Part shown: positions 36,886 to 47,000 of the stretch, one piece after another | How positions within the stretch are numbered: the stretch's first letter is position 1 | How the letters are laid out: the number at the start of each line of letters is the position of its first letter | Virus record (IMG/VR): IMGVR_UViG_3300017650_000009 | Origin: a virus | Lineage: Duplodnaviria > Heunggongvirae > Uroviricota > Caudoviricetes | DNA: 64,000 bases | Reading direction: 5' to 3' (one strand) | Notes under the pieces: model-generated | Databases searched by the model: none | Told to the model about the DNA's origin: nothing | Seen by the model: only the letters and a program-made list of their open reading frames with translations | Translations under genes and position numbers: made by a program

Positions 36886-37972
36886 CTTTCACCTCGTCTA
36901 CTTTCTTGTGAACATCCTTCATCCAACAATAATTCATTGAGCGAGCTGGCCCATTAAAATTCTGTTGAACATAGCACCCAAGACCGCAACGAGTGAAATA
37001 TTCACAACTCATACAATCACGCGCATCTAGAAAATCAAATTCTAGTTCGCCTGCTGTTTTAGGCATTCGATCTTTGTGCCAACTATTTAAGAATACCGTA
37101 CAACGACCTGCCTTACCATCAGGTAAGATTGTATAGGTATTCTGGCAACTCATACTATTGGAATCATTTTCCCGATATGTTTTGACCGGATGTGTATTTG
37201 GGTAATGTTCAACCAAATAAACTAGGAGATCACGCATTTCGGCGTCCTTGGGAAACATAGTTTCCCAGTTATCCTCTAACGTGTAATAGTCAAAATAGAT
37301 ATCGAAATTCTCATATAGGAAATCGAAATGTGGTATATTCCCGGATAGAAACTTACGAATACTCGGTGCAGTCATAACAACATTTACCACACTTAGATAT
37401 TCCAAATATATCTCAGCGTTACGACGAAACACTAGTAGATTCGATGCATTGAAACGAGCCGCGGGGTCATAAGACGTACCTAGATCAACATCAACGCCAT
37501 CCGCACGTAATCCATCTATTAGCCGTTTGACACGAGCTGTATTAAAGTGAACAAGATTGGTCACGAATGTATAAGAAATCTCGATCCCACGTTGCACGGC
37601 ATAAGCGTGGATATCCAAAACAAGTCCGCGATAATCTTCAAAAACTTCATCACTAATTGAGTCCATGAAGAGTTCACCACCCATCAGGTTGATACTGAAA
37701 TGGTCCTTGCGCATTTTCTGTAATAGTTCGATCGCTTTGATAACATCTTTGAGTTTATTACGTATTGCATTCATGCCGAAATCAGTTGCATGATCTTGAT
37801 TACAAAATTTACATGTAAGATTGCATAGCTCGAAGAGGGTGACAATTATCTCTCCATGTGAAGAACGCTTTTTACCAATAAGTGCCTCGGCGGTATCCAC
37901 AATTGGTCGAACTGAAGGATCGATATCCTTCAGCTCTACAAGACCATCCCCATCATAGACAACTTCAGCCAT
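36875..37972 (-). CDS. radical SAM/SPASM-like protein (rSAM-2)
   Basis: CNLTCKFC, MGGE, VTNL; CMSCEYFTRCGLGC...C; ATG 37972 with GAGGA SD. Confidence 0.9.
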   Translation of the reverse strand: MAEVVYDGDGLVELKDIDPSVRPIVDTAEALIGKKRSSHGEIIVTLFELCNLTCKFCNQDHATDFGMNAIRNKLKDVIKAIELLQKMRKDHFSINLMGGELFMDSISDEVFEDYRGLVLDIHAYAVQRGIEISYTFVTNLVHFNTARVKRLIDGLRADGVDVDLGTSYDPAARFNASNLLVFRRNAEIYLEYLSVVNVVMTAPSIRKFLSGNIPHFDFLYENFDIYFDYYTLEDNWETMFPKDAEMRDLLVYLVEHYPNTHPVKTYRENDSNSMSCQNTYTILPDGKAGRCTVFLNSWHKDRMPKTAGELEFDFLDARDCMSCEYFTRCGLGCYVQQNFNGPARSMNYCWMKDVHKKVDEVKGVR

Positions 37973-38753
37973 TGTCTTCCTCAAATAGAGTTTTTTCAGC
38001 CAACAAAATACCATTTAGGAATTCATTGGTATTATATTCAACAGTTCCCATAGTTTCGAGAATCGCAGGTAATGGGTTACCCGGACGCATAAACCAATAA
38101 TAGAGATTCTTGCCCTCAAACATATAATCTTCAAATTGCTTGGTAAAATAATGACATTCTTCGCCTAGCACTGAATAGTAGCATTCCAAGAAGAATGGCA
38201 AACTAAACAGGTTAACAAAGTTATTGCCTATGGCTTTATCATCATCAATTTGATGGAACTGATCTTTTGGATCACCGAATGCTTCTCGATACTTAGTGTT
38301 AATGCTTAACGTGTATATGATCATGGAATCCATAACCACACGCCACTGATTCACAAGCAATTTGTTTTCTTCAATGAACTCAATAATCTCATCTTTATTC
38401 AAGACAGGATTACCAATGACATCGTAGAAATCACCAATATTTTTAATAGCAGTAAGAATTGTTCCCACCGTGAGGGCCAAGCTCGGACACTTCACAAGGT
38501 TGCGTAGTTTCATATATTCGAGAATTAGTTCTTTGCGTTCGGCCGTTGTCGTTTCAGGGCCAAACTTGATGTCACAAGGAACATCCAAGTTGCTCAAATA
38601 TGTAAGGATTTGTTTTCCACGCATTACGCTCTTATCGTAATCGATTAGGAAAACAATATCCGGATTTGTAAATCCCTCTTTGAGATCATCCATACCAATC
38701 GGTGCAGTAGTTGAACGAATGAGAGATTCGTCTTTATCAAAAATGTCGTACAT
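37965..38753 (-). CDS. hypothetical protein in radical SAM operon
   Basis: 262 aa, AAGGA SD. Confidence 0.75.
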   Translation of the reverse strand: MYDIFDKDESLIRSTTAPIGMDDLKEGFTNPDIVFLIDYDKSVMRGKQILTYLSNLDVPCDIKFGPETTTAERKELILEYMKLRNLVKCPSLALTVGTILTAIKNIGDFYDVIGNPVLNKDEIIEFIEENKLLVNQWRVVMDSMIIYTLSINTKYREAFGDPKDQFHQIDDDKAIGNNFVNLFSLPFFLECYYSVLGEECHYFTKQFEDYMFEGKNLYYWFMRPGNPLPAILETMGTVEYNTNEFLNGILLAEKTLFEEDNG

Positions 38754-38762
38754 TTGGTTTCC

Positions 38763-39695
38763 TTATCGACGACTACGAGAGCTATGGCACGAAGCATGGC
38801 ATGAACTATGACAATAATCAATTGTTACACCAGCATCATAATCCTTTGCTGCTTCCCAAATACCATCCATACGTTGGAATACTTCAATTAGACCTGCTGC
38901 GGTAACTACAACACCCTTAGGATCCGGACCACCACCTTGGCCCGAAGCATCCACACGCGGTCCACGCATAACATCGGAATAAACAGTGTTACCAAAAACA
39001 ACACCATTTGGTGCGCCACGGAAAGGGTCGGCCATATGAGTCATACCGGATTTTGAACCCTGTTGAGCAAAACCATATAGATCTTCATAACGTTTAAGAG
39101 TATCACCTTTGAAATCAGCAACATAATTCTTACCATTCTGTGTGAAGGTGTGAGGATATGTTTTCGATTGCCATTTCACTTTGGTTGTCGCCATTCGTGT
39201 AATCATGTTACATCTGCGGACTCGGGTCAACGCATAGGTGTGTTGCATGATTTCAGTGGCGACAGAGCCTACTCGAGTTGCATTTGCCGCAGCATCATTG
39301 GGATCAATACCTTGACCACCATTTACGTCCCAGAACGAAACCTGTCCCTTAACATCATCACCCATATTCTGAGATACTTGCCCATCGTTTGGTAGGTCCA
39401 AAGTTGGACCACCAAATGCATCAGCAAGTGTTAGATTCGCACCGTTCTTTTTCCACCAACGTTGGTCATGGAAATCTGTGAATGCTGACAAACGGCCCAT
39501 CTGAGTAGAAAGTGCATCGGATACGCCAACTCGATAAAATTCAAAAGATGGATCCGCAGCATTGTCTCGGTGATAAACAATGGCATTTTGTACTTTACGA
39601 ACAAGACCAGCACGGAACTGACCCAGGATATCATCACTTACTGTAGGGCCGGTTTCTCGTGCACGAATAATCTGGCCTGGTGTTGGATTAGCCAT
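38763..39695 (-). CDS. putative modification target with C-terminal (CHxS)3-RSRR tail
   Basis: 310 aa ending IDYCHSSCHASCHSSRSRR; AGGAG SD; TAATG-coupled to rSAM-1. Confidence 0.7.
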   Translation of the reverse strand: MANPTPGQIIRARETGPTVSDDILGQFRAGLVRKVQNAIVYHRDNAADPSFEFYRVGVSDALSTQMGRLSAFTDFHDQRWWKKNGANLTLADAFGGPTLDLPNDGQVSQNMGDDVKGQVSFWDVNGGQGIDPNDAAANATRVGSVATEIMQHTYALTRVRRCNMITRMATTKVKWQSKTYPHTFTQNGKNYVADFKGDTLKRYEDLYGFAQQGSKSGMTHMADPFRGAPNGVVFGNTVYSDVMRGPRVDASGQGGGPDPKGVVVTAAGLIEVFQRMDGIWEAAKDYDAGVTIDYCHSSCHASCHSSRSRR

Positions 39696-40756
39696 TAATC
39701 TTTCTCCTGTAAAAACTTATCAAACAACTCATAGTCATCAACTGTTTTGAGATGCTTGATGAGACTTTTAGGACTTGCACAAACATTTCCCTGCCATTGT
39801 ACCTGTTGGCAATCGCCATTACAAATATCAAATACTGGGCAACTAAAGCAAGCTGGATTCCTATGTGTCTCACATGCGATCTTCTTCATACGACCTGGGT
39901 TCCAGAACAAATCCTTAATGTCCATATCCAGTGTACCGTAGTTATTTACTGGGGCGTCGTTCGGACAACCACCAATTGAACCATCCGGATTTAGCGTGAA
40001 CATCTTTTGTTCACAATTGCGACAGAAGACACCACCAGTAAAACCTCGATTGATACGTTCAAGTAGTCCATTCAAAAATATGTTTTGGGGTGCCCATTCC
40101 CATGCCTTATGTTCGACCATTTGATGCCACATACGGAGGAACCAAGCATCAAGCTCAATATTATCTGGAAATATCTTATTGTTGCCCACTGCATTGCCAT
40201 GCGGCGTGAGACGCTCGAGACTCAAATAACGAACACCAAGATCAGCGGCCATACGAAGTAATTCAATTGGTTCCTTGGAAATCGTATTACGACTCAAGCT
40301 TACCATAAGGGTTACATCGAACCCTTCTTCAACTAGCTTTCGCGTATTCTGTTCCCAAAGCGATGACTGTTTGGTATTTTCAAAACGAATGCCATCATCC
40401 CAAGAGGTTGCTATTGTGTTAGAGAATGCTTCCTTCATGAACTCCAGACGCTCTTCCGTGAGGTTAAACGTCAAGTTAGTACATGCGGACCAACGCATGT
40501 TTGGAAACAAATCCTTACATGCGAGCCAAGTCCTGCGCATGTGTTCGACAGGAGCCAGGAATGGTTCACCGCCGTGAAATTCAACAGTTACATGTTGAAG
40601 TAATGGCTGGGCTGCTTTTAATCTATGAAACCAGTCGATCGTTTTATCTGGGTCGAAATAAATCTTCCGACCCAAGCGACCACTTGTAAAACAATGTGCG
40701 CAATTAAGCTGACATGTTTCTGTGGTCTTCAAATAAATATGAAGCTGTTTGAGCAT
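39695..40756 (-). CDS. radical SAM/SPASM maturase (rSAM-1)
   Basis: CQLNCAHC, FHGGEP; CRNC, GGCP, CFSCPVFDICNGDC...C. Confidence 0.92.
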   Translation of the reverse strand: MLKQLHIYLKTTETCQLNCAHCFTSGRLGRKIYFDPDKTIDWFHRLKAAQPLLQHVTVEFHGGEPFLAPVEHMRRTWLACKDLFPNMRWSACTNLTFNLTEERLEFMKEAFSNTIATSWDDGIRFENTKQSSLWEQNTRKLVEEGFDVTLMVSLSRNTISKEPIELLRMAADLGVRYLSLERLTPHGNAVGNNKIFPDNIELDAWFLRMWHQMVEHKAWEWAPQNIFLNGLLERINRGFTGGVFCRNCEQKMFTLNPDGSIGGCPNDAPVNNYGTLDMDIKDLFWNPGRMKKIACETHRNPACFSCPVFDICNGDCQQVQWQGNVCASPKSLIKHLKTVDDYELFDKFLQEKD

Positions 40757-40759
40757 TTG

Positions 40760-41374
40760 TTATCCAATCAATGAGCCAGCTTGGGCCCACAAGTCGAGTT
40801 CCTTAACACGTGGCTTAATAGATCCAGTACCGAAACTAATCATCACAGAATCTTCAATATTGGTTGCGCAATGCGCAAGCCCCTCAGGCATAAACAGCCA
40901 ATCACCTTCTTCGAGAATATGAACTCCAGTTTCAGTTTCCATCTGTTTTACTCCGCTAATCATGTAGCAGAATACATGGCCTTCATCCTTGTGCCATCCA
41001 AATGAACCTTTATTCTCAAAACCAATAAACAAATGTCCATTTACGGTTGTTTCGAGTTCTTCCTCAAGACCATCAACGAGCTGGCGTACCTCTGCATTGT
41101 AGTTTTCCATGTCTTCTACCTTTATAGGCCAGCCATGATATTGGGCTTGATTTAGCATTTCGAGTTTGTTTTTGATGCCATGAAACTCATCAATACAATC
41201 AGTTTGCCAAAATGTTCCATCCGAATGAAGCTTTATTACATACGTTTCGCCGGATTCCAGCGTTGCCATGTTAGCCGCAATCGCTAGTGGATTCTCAGGC
41301 AGTTTCAAGTCAAATGGCTTGTTCCATTTTACACTCTTGAAATCATTGAGAATTTCCGGATCGAATAAAAGCAT
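40760..41374 (-). CDS. cupin/JmjC-like Fe(II)/2OG oxygenase
   Basis: SFGWHKD (HxD), GVKQ, GDWLFMPEGLAH. Confidence 0.8.
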   Translation of the reverse strand: MLLFDPEILNDFKSVKWNKPFDLKLPENPLAIAANMATLESGETYVIKLHSDGTFWQTDCIDEFHGIKNKLEMLNQAQYHGWPIKVEDMENYNAEVRQLVDGLEEELETTVNGHLFIGFENKGSFGWHKDEGHVFCYMISGVKQMETETGVHILEEGDWLFMPEGLAHCATNIEDSVMISFGTGSIKPRVKELDLWAQAGSLIG

Positions 41375-41446
41375 TTTGGTTTCCTCTATCAGTTAACATT
41401 CCACTAATAGTTATTACGTATGGGGAAATCAATATTCTTAGAAGCA

Positions 41447-41469
41447 AATGGGGCCGAACTGGCCCCATT
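41447..41469 (-). terminator. terminator hairpin after tail fibre gene
   Basis: AATGGGGCC-N5-GGCCCCATT. Confidence 0.65.
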
Positions 41470-41488
41470 ACACGGATTCGTGAATCAT

Positions 41489-43369
41489 TTATTTCGTTTG
41501 AACGACTGCTAGTACGAGCCCTTCAGCATCATCAGTTTTGTCCTCAAGGGCACGGCCGACAACGTGGAACTCATTAATCGAAAGCAAATCACCACCATAT
41601 GCTTGTGCAACACCTGGAGTCTCAGAAAGAATCAAACGCTGACCCTTACGTACTTCACCGATAACTCTAACTGGAACACGACCAGTAAGTGCAACGGGAG
41701 GATGTGTTTCATTTTCGCCGGCATCCGCGTTCATAAGATGACCCGGATTAGTAGAGATAACACCAAAGAAATTATAATCCCAAAGACCCGAAGTCTTTGT
41801 AATTTCGTGCGTTCCACCGATGCTTACAAGTGTTCCCGGAGCATATACAGCATCTGCCGCATATCGCTCGGCCAAGTCAGCATACTTGGTGCTTGTGGAC
41901 ATACCATCGAACAAGTTTGCATAAATTGTACCCCACTTTGCACCTGGGCTACCCAAGTCGTGCTGACCCGTAGGTACAGAACTCTTGTCCAATGGAACAA
42001 AGCTACCACTCGGCATTGTACTGATTGCATCATCTACAACTTCCTGTGCAACTTCCTTAACCGAATCCTTACCCTTTTGTGTAAGCATTGCTGTACCGAT
42101 GAAATCATTATCAGCGGTTGCAAAGAGATTTTCAAATACAATTTCAACATCACTATCGGCGGTTTCAGTCTTCAATGACTTTGCTTCCACAAACATTTCG
42201 GACTTCTCTGCGTAGTCAGTCTTTTCCGCATACAAAGCTTTACCGAAAATGTTTACTTCTTCTGTATCATACTCTTCAGTATCTCCATTAGAAGTACCAG
42301 CGTAAATCTCCTTACCATAGATACGACGCCAATGCTGATCGGGTTTACCCAAGTCATAAACAATATCTGTGGTAATTGGATAAGTTGTTTCATCTGAACG
42401 CAAGAACTGAGAAGCGTTTAGACCGTTTAGACGTTCAGCATCTGCAGCCTGACCATTAACTAGCTGGTTCGCAGCATGGTTCATATTGAGACCTGAGTTC
42501 AACGTTTTATCAGATTCGCCCGGATTGGTATAATCGAACCATGCACCAAACGGCAATCCATCAATTTCATTTTCGATAAGACGAACAACTTCGTTTGTAT
42601 AAACAGCAACAAGAACACCATTTACGATGATCTTGAACATAGGAACTTCTTTTTCTTCACCGGTGACGGGGTCAATAACCTTAATGATTGTTACTTCAGT
42701 ATATGAGCCACCATCTGGATCGTTAGGATCTCTTGCGCCATCTGGACCAATTAGAACCCAACCATTGGGAACTGCCGAACCATCAACACGTTTCTGATTA
42801 GGAGGGAATGTTCCTTTTGAAGCCAAAGAAGAATCATATGCGAAAAGCTTACGCTCGGGAAGCATCCACCACAATTCGCCTTCATCTGGATCATCTGGAC
42901 CAGGAACCGGAATAGTAGGATCAATTGTACTTGGATCTTTATCTGGATCCAAACCTGTACTTGGGCCACCAACCTTTTTCCAGCGATAACCATCCCAGTA
43001 ATAGATTGCGTTGGTTTCCATGTTATACCATAGATCACCAGGCTCTGGGGTGTCAGGCGGATTTACACTTGATGTTGCTCCACCGACGTTAACCCAGTTT
43101 GTTCCGTCAAAAAGCTTTAGCTTATTAACGGTTGTAATCGGCGGGCCCGGATCAAAAGTATGAAACCAAACTTGCCCTTGTAGTGGATTTGCAGGAGGGA
43201 TTGGTGCAGCAAAACTCTCAAGCATATGAACAAAGTTCTCTGCGACAGCTTCACCGTAGTCAACGGAACCACGACCCAAAAGTGTTAGACTCGTAGATTC
43301 CGTATCCCTTGTGTAATCCTGGATTGTGGTTAACAAAGAACCATCAGTACGATTAATTGGATATGGCAT
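41489..43369 (-). CDS. tail fibre protein with C-terminal autocleaving chaperone-like domain
   Basis: N-terminal LLGRG...YGE...ENFVHMLESFA; GDLWY repeats; YADLAE...GVISTNP...VALTGRVPV (peptidase G2/IMC-like); GAGGAG SD. Confidence 0.75.
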   Translation of the reverse strand: MPYPINRTDGSLLTTIQDYTRDTESTSLTLLGRGSVDYGEAVAENFVHMLESFAAPIPPANPLQGQVWFHTFDPGPPITTVNKLKLFDGTNWVNVGGATSSVNPPDTPEPGDLWYNMETNAIYYWDGYRWKKVGGPSTGLDPDKDPSTIDPTIPVPGPDDPDEGELWWMLPERKLFAYDSSLASKGTFPPNQKRVDGSAVPNGWVLIGPDGARDPNDPDGGSYTEVTIIKVIDPVTGEEKEVPMFKIIVNGVLVAVYTNEVVRLIENEIDGLPFGAWFDYTNPGESDKTLNSGLNMNHAANQLVNGQAADAERLNGLNASQFLRSDETTYPITTDIVYDLGKPDQHWRRIYGKEIYAGTSNGDTEEYDTEEVNIFGKALYAEKTDYAEKSEMFVEAKSLKTETADSDVEIVFENLFATADNDFIGTAMLTQKGKDSVKEVAQEVVDDAISTMPSGSFVPLDKSSVPTGQHDLGSPGAKWGTIYANLFDGMSTSTKYADLAERYAADAVYAPGTLVSIGGTHEITKTSGLWDYNFFGVISTNPGHLMNADAGENETHPPVALTGRVPVRVIGEVRKGQRLILSETPGVAQAYGGDLLSINEFHVVGRALEDKTDDAEGLVLAVVQTK

Positions 43370-43398
43370 TGAATGCACTCCTCAGCTTTATTTGCTGA

Positions 43399-43404
43399 TA
43401 TTTA
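43399..43404 (-). promoter_or_regulatory. T4-like late promoter core TAAATA
   Basis: TAAATA ~30 nt upstream of tail fibre; same core upstream of other structural genes. Confidence 0.55.
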
Positions 43405-43428
43405 TTGTTCTATTAAAACTTAACTTAA

Positions 43429-44028
43429 TTACGCCATGGTTACGCGAATTGTATAAACCACTTCAATCAACCGATTCAAAGACTTCTGAATCGGATTGAA
43501 GATAACGTGAGTCAAAAGCTGACCATTGCCGGGTCCGGATGGATCATACGTCTTTAGTCCAAGCTCATCAAATACGAATGGAGCTTCAATATCAGTTGAA
43601 TCATCGAAAGCTTCCTGACCCGATGGCTCTGAATAATCCAAAGTGCATGTGATCACGATATCAGAATAGACTGAACCAACAACGTGACGAACCTCAATGA
43701 AGTTCTTACTAGGATCAGTGTTTAGGGAACTCTGGTCATTAACAACTTTAAAATACGTAGGGTTGTAAAGGTCGGCATTTGCACCGGTAACGTTTGGTGG
43801 GTAATACGTAATAGCGCCAGTGCCCGAAACCGCGGAACCGCCAGAACCGAAATGCATCTCGTGAATGTTGCCATTAGGGCGACCCGCGAGACCGCGAGCC
43901 ACCGCAACTGACATATTCTCGAAATGTATGGCGTTAGATTTATCCAAAAGGACTTCACCGGTATTTGCGTCACGAATAAGAACGTGACCTTTAAACTTTG
44001 GTCCAATTTGATCGTTTAGTGAATCCAT
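43429..44028 (-). CDS. virion/baseplate protein
   Basis: GHVLIRD...NAIH, FDELGL, LLTHVIFNPIQKS; GAGGAG SD; TAAATA at 44052-44057. Confidence 0.7.
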   Translation of the reverse strand: MDSLNDQIGPKFKGHVLIRDANTGEVLLDKSNAIHFENMSVAVARGLAGRPNGNIHEMHFGSGGSAVSGTGAITYYPPNVTGANADLYNPTYFKVVNDQSSLNTDPSKNFIEVRHVVGSVYSDIVITCTLDYSEPSGQEAFDDSTDIEAPFVFDELGLKTYDPSGPGNGQLLTHVIFNPIQKSLNRLIEVVYTIRVTMA

Positions 44029-44057
44029 TTTGATCTCCTCAATTAACCGTGTATTTA

Positions 44058-47000
44058 TTAAGCCGAGGGTCCCGGCTTAACATTAGAGTCATTTGAAGCT
44101 TTCCACCAAGCCTTCCAGTTTTTCGAGTAATCCTGTACGGAATGTACTCGGAAATCTGTTGTGTTCCAGCTTTGCAATGCATTCAATGTAGAACCATCAA
44201 ACACGTCCATATTCAATTGTGTTTCTTCATTACGCGAAGAACCACCAGTGCCACGAGCCAATCCTGTCAATGTGTAGGAACCACCACCATTATCCGTAAT
44301 TCCGGAATATGTTATGCGTTCTGCACCAAGCCAAACAACACCAGTGATGTTGTTCATCAATACAAGTGTCAAACGATCTTCAATTATCGTGTTAACAATT
44401 GTTGCATCAGGAAGTGCTTTGATTTCATCTGCAAGACCAATAAGTCCGAAAATTGGATTCTTCTTGGCTTGTTTTGCAGTGATGTTCTTGCTCAAATCCA
44501 CATCAATCGACAAAGCAATTTTCTCACGAATAGAAGCGATATATGCGGGATCATTATTTGCTGGATCAAATAGCGGAAGTGTTCCTGCTACTGTGATTTG
44601 CATTTCACGATCAGTTGGAGCAAGAACCTGTGCGAGCTTGATTCCGTGATCCTGCAGGAATACACCTTCCCAATTATTAAGGGAATCCTTGAAGAAACGA
44701 TATGCTGTTGGTCTTGTACTGATCATATCACCCTGTGATGTTGGCTTACGATAAACAGTAATCATCATTGGGTTACGAACACGCAAACGAACTAGTTCAT
44801 CAGGATGCCCACCTTCGAACCATGGTTGAACGAGTTCACCACCCTCAAGGCGAATATCATCAGTTGCTTCAGTCAAATATGGTGCACTATCGCTAACCTG
44901 CCATTGACTTTGAGCCGGATTAATATCCGTATCACGTCCAACATAAGCTTCAAACTCGCCATCCCATTCGGCCATATCCCAAGCAAACATATCCCAGATA
45001 CCCTGCTCGAAAGTACGACCATCAACAACTGTGCCACGGAAATCACAACCACGAATCAAAGTAGTTAGTTCCTTACGACGCATAGTTGCAGATGGTTCGT
45101 AGAACTGATCAATGCGATCTGCTAGACCACCAGCCCAATTAAGATCCCAGAACACATTGTAGAACTGTTCCCATTTTGCTCCGGTCCACATGAATGTTGT
45201 GCGTTCGCTCTTGACGATTGCAATATCACCCGTACGAAGTGTTGGTGGGTTACCCAAGTTAACTTGTGTTTGCGAGTCACGAGCAATTTGATCACGGAGC
45301 ACAACAGTTTCAACCAAATGCTGTTTGTATTCCTGATTTGGAATACGATATTGGTCTGAAAGTGCTGCAAACGTACGAGTATAGTTATTTCCAACCCAAC
45401 GTTCTTCATTGCCATCCCATGGCATCTCAGGCTGTGACCAACCCGCTAGTGGTTCACAACTTACACGATCAAACAACATTGTGATCTTCGGACGACGAAC
45501 TGGATTCCAATTAGCATCCCAATTTTCCAAACTGTAGTTGGTCTTCTTGTAATTTTCATACCACCACTTGAGCTGTGGATCATTCTTCATGATTAGTTGA
45601 TCATTAGCGTTTTCTGGATCAAGCTTTCTCCATGCTCCTTCACCATTGTTTGCTAGTTCGTCGTAATACATAGGCTTATCAAAGTCTGTGATTACTAGAT
45701 TTAGGTTTTCAATCGGCGGAGTCAAACGACGAACAAAGTCACGCACCTTAACATGGTATGGCTTGATATCTTCGATGTAACTCATAATGTTATCGACTTG
45801 ATCCTTAAACACGATTGGACTCTGAGTTAGCTGTTCATTGTAACCGGCCAAATACAAGAACGATGTCTTGAAAATCCAATCCGTATAAGGATGCTGGCTA
45901 ACAGCTACCTTAACCATACTAAAGAACAACTCATTACGTTCAAGACCAGTCAGGAGCTTTGTTCTCAAGCTGTTGATGATCCATTGTAGTTCCCACGAAC
46001 CATCACGCTTCTTAGAGCTACCAACCTTGTAATCATCAAAGCCGTATACCATCATACCCGGCGCATAGAAGTTATCAGCAAGACGGATGGTTGCTTTTTC
46101 CTTAGCAACTTCCAACCAACCATCTTCTGTACGCAAGTACCAAGACCAACGTGTATCTGTCTCACTCTGAGTATCAACTTGAACTAGTGTTCCACCTGGG
46201 CTGATTACCAATGTGGTGTCAGCATCACGTGCCTGACGATTAGCATAATGCTTGATTGGATAATCGTTTGTTGACCATCCATCAGCATACCAATCAACCG
46301 CAGTCCAAAGTTCACCCTCACGTAGTCTCCAACGTTCAGCTTTCCATAAAACAAAACCACTAGCATTTGCAGCTGGATTGCCCGGAGAGTAGAGCCATAG
46401 AGTCCACAACCCGTTTGTATCAGGAGTACCATGCATGAGTACCATCTGACCTGGTTCAACAACACCTGTTTCACCTAGTTGTGATAATTCAAATTCGTCA
46501 AAAACTTCACGAACATATTCAATTGAACTAGGTTCCGGATCATGACTCTCAAATATTTCTCTCCATTCATAACGAGTATCCAACACCGGTTCTCTTGCAA
46601 AGATCTGATTCAGTGTGTCAACAAATGTCTGGCGAGCATCACGGCCCGGAATTAGGAAACCAAAACCATCTGTATCAACTTTGAACCAAGTCTGCGATGG
46701 GCGAATTAATGATCCATAACGTTCATGTTCGTTGAGCCACTGATTAGGAACCTTACGACTTGTTTGAATTTCACGAGTCTGTGTTACCTTCGTTCCAGTC
46801 GCGTATCGTAGAGAACCCAATCCGGAAATACCAAAGAATGTGTTGTTGAACAGATACTTGTACTGAACCCAATAATCACCAACTCTAACTTCACCCGATG
46901 GAAGGAAACCACTAGCATCAGCAACGCTGAAGTGATCAACATTCGGATCAATCATTGTGGTTGCAATTGCGGTGAATGTCTTACGTTCAGCACTTGCATC

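Noticed and set aside
38763-38815. CxxCH heme-c binding motif in the target tail
   Set aside because: Spacing is CxxxCH with shared cysteines, no signal peptide and no cytochrome c maturation genes nearby; not excluded but less likely
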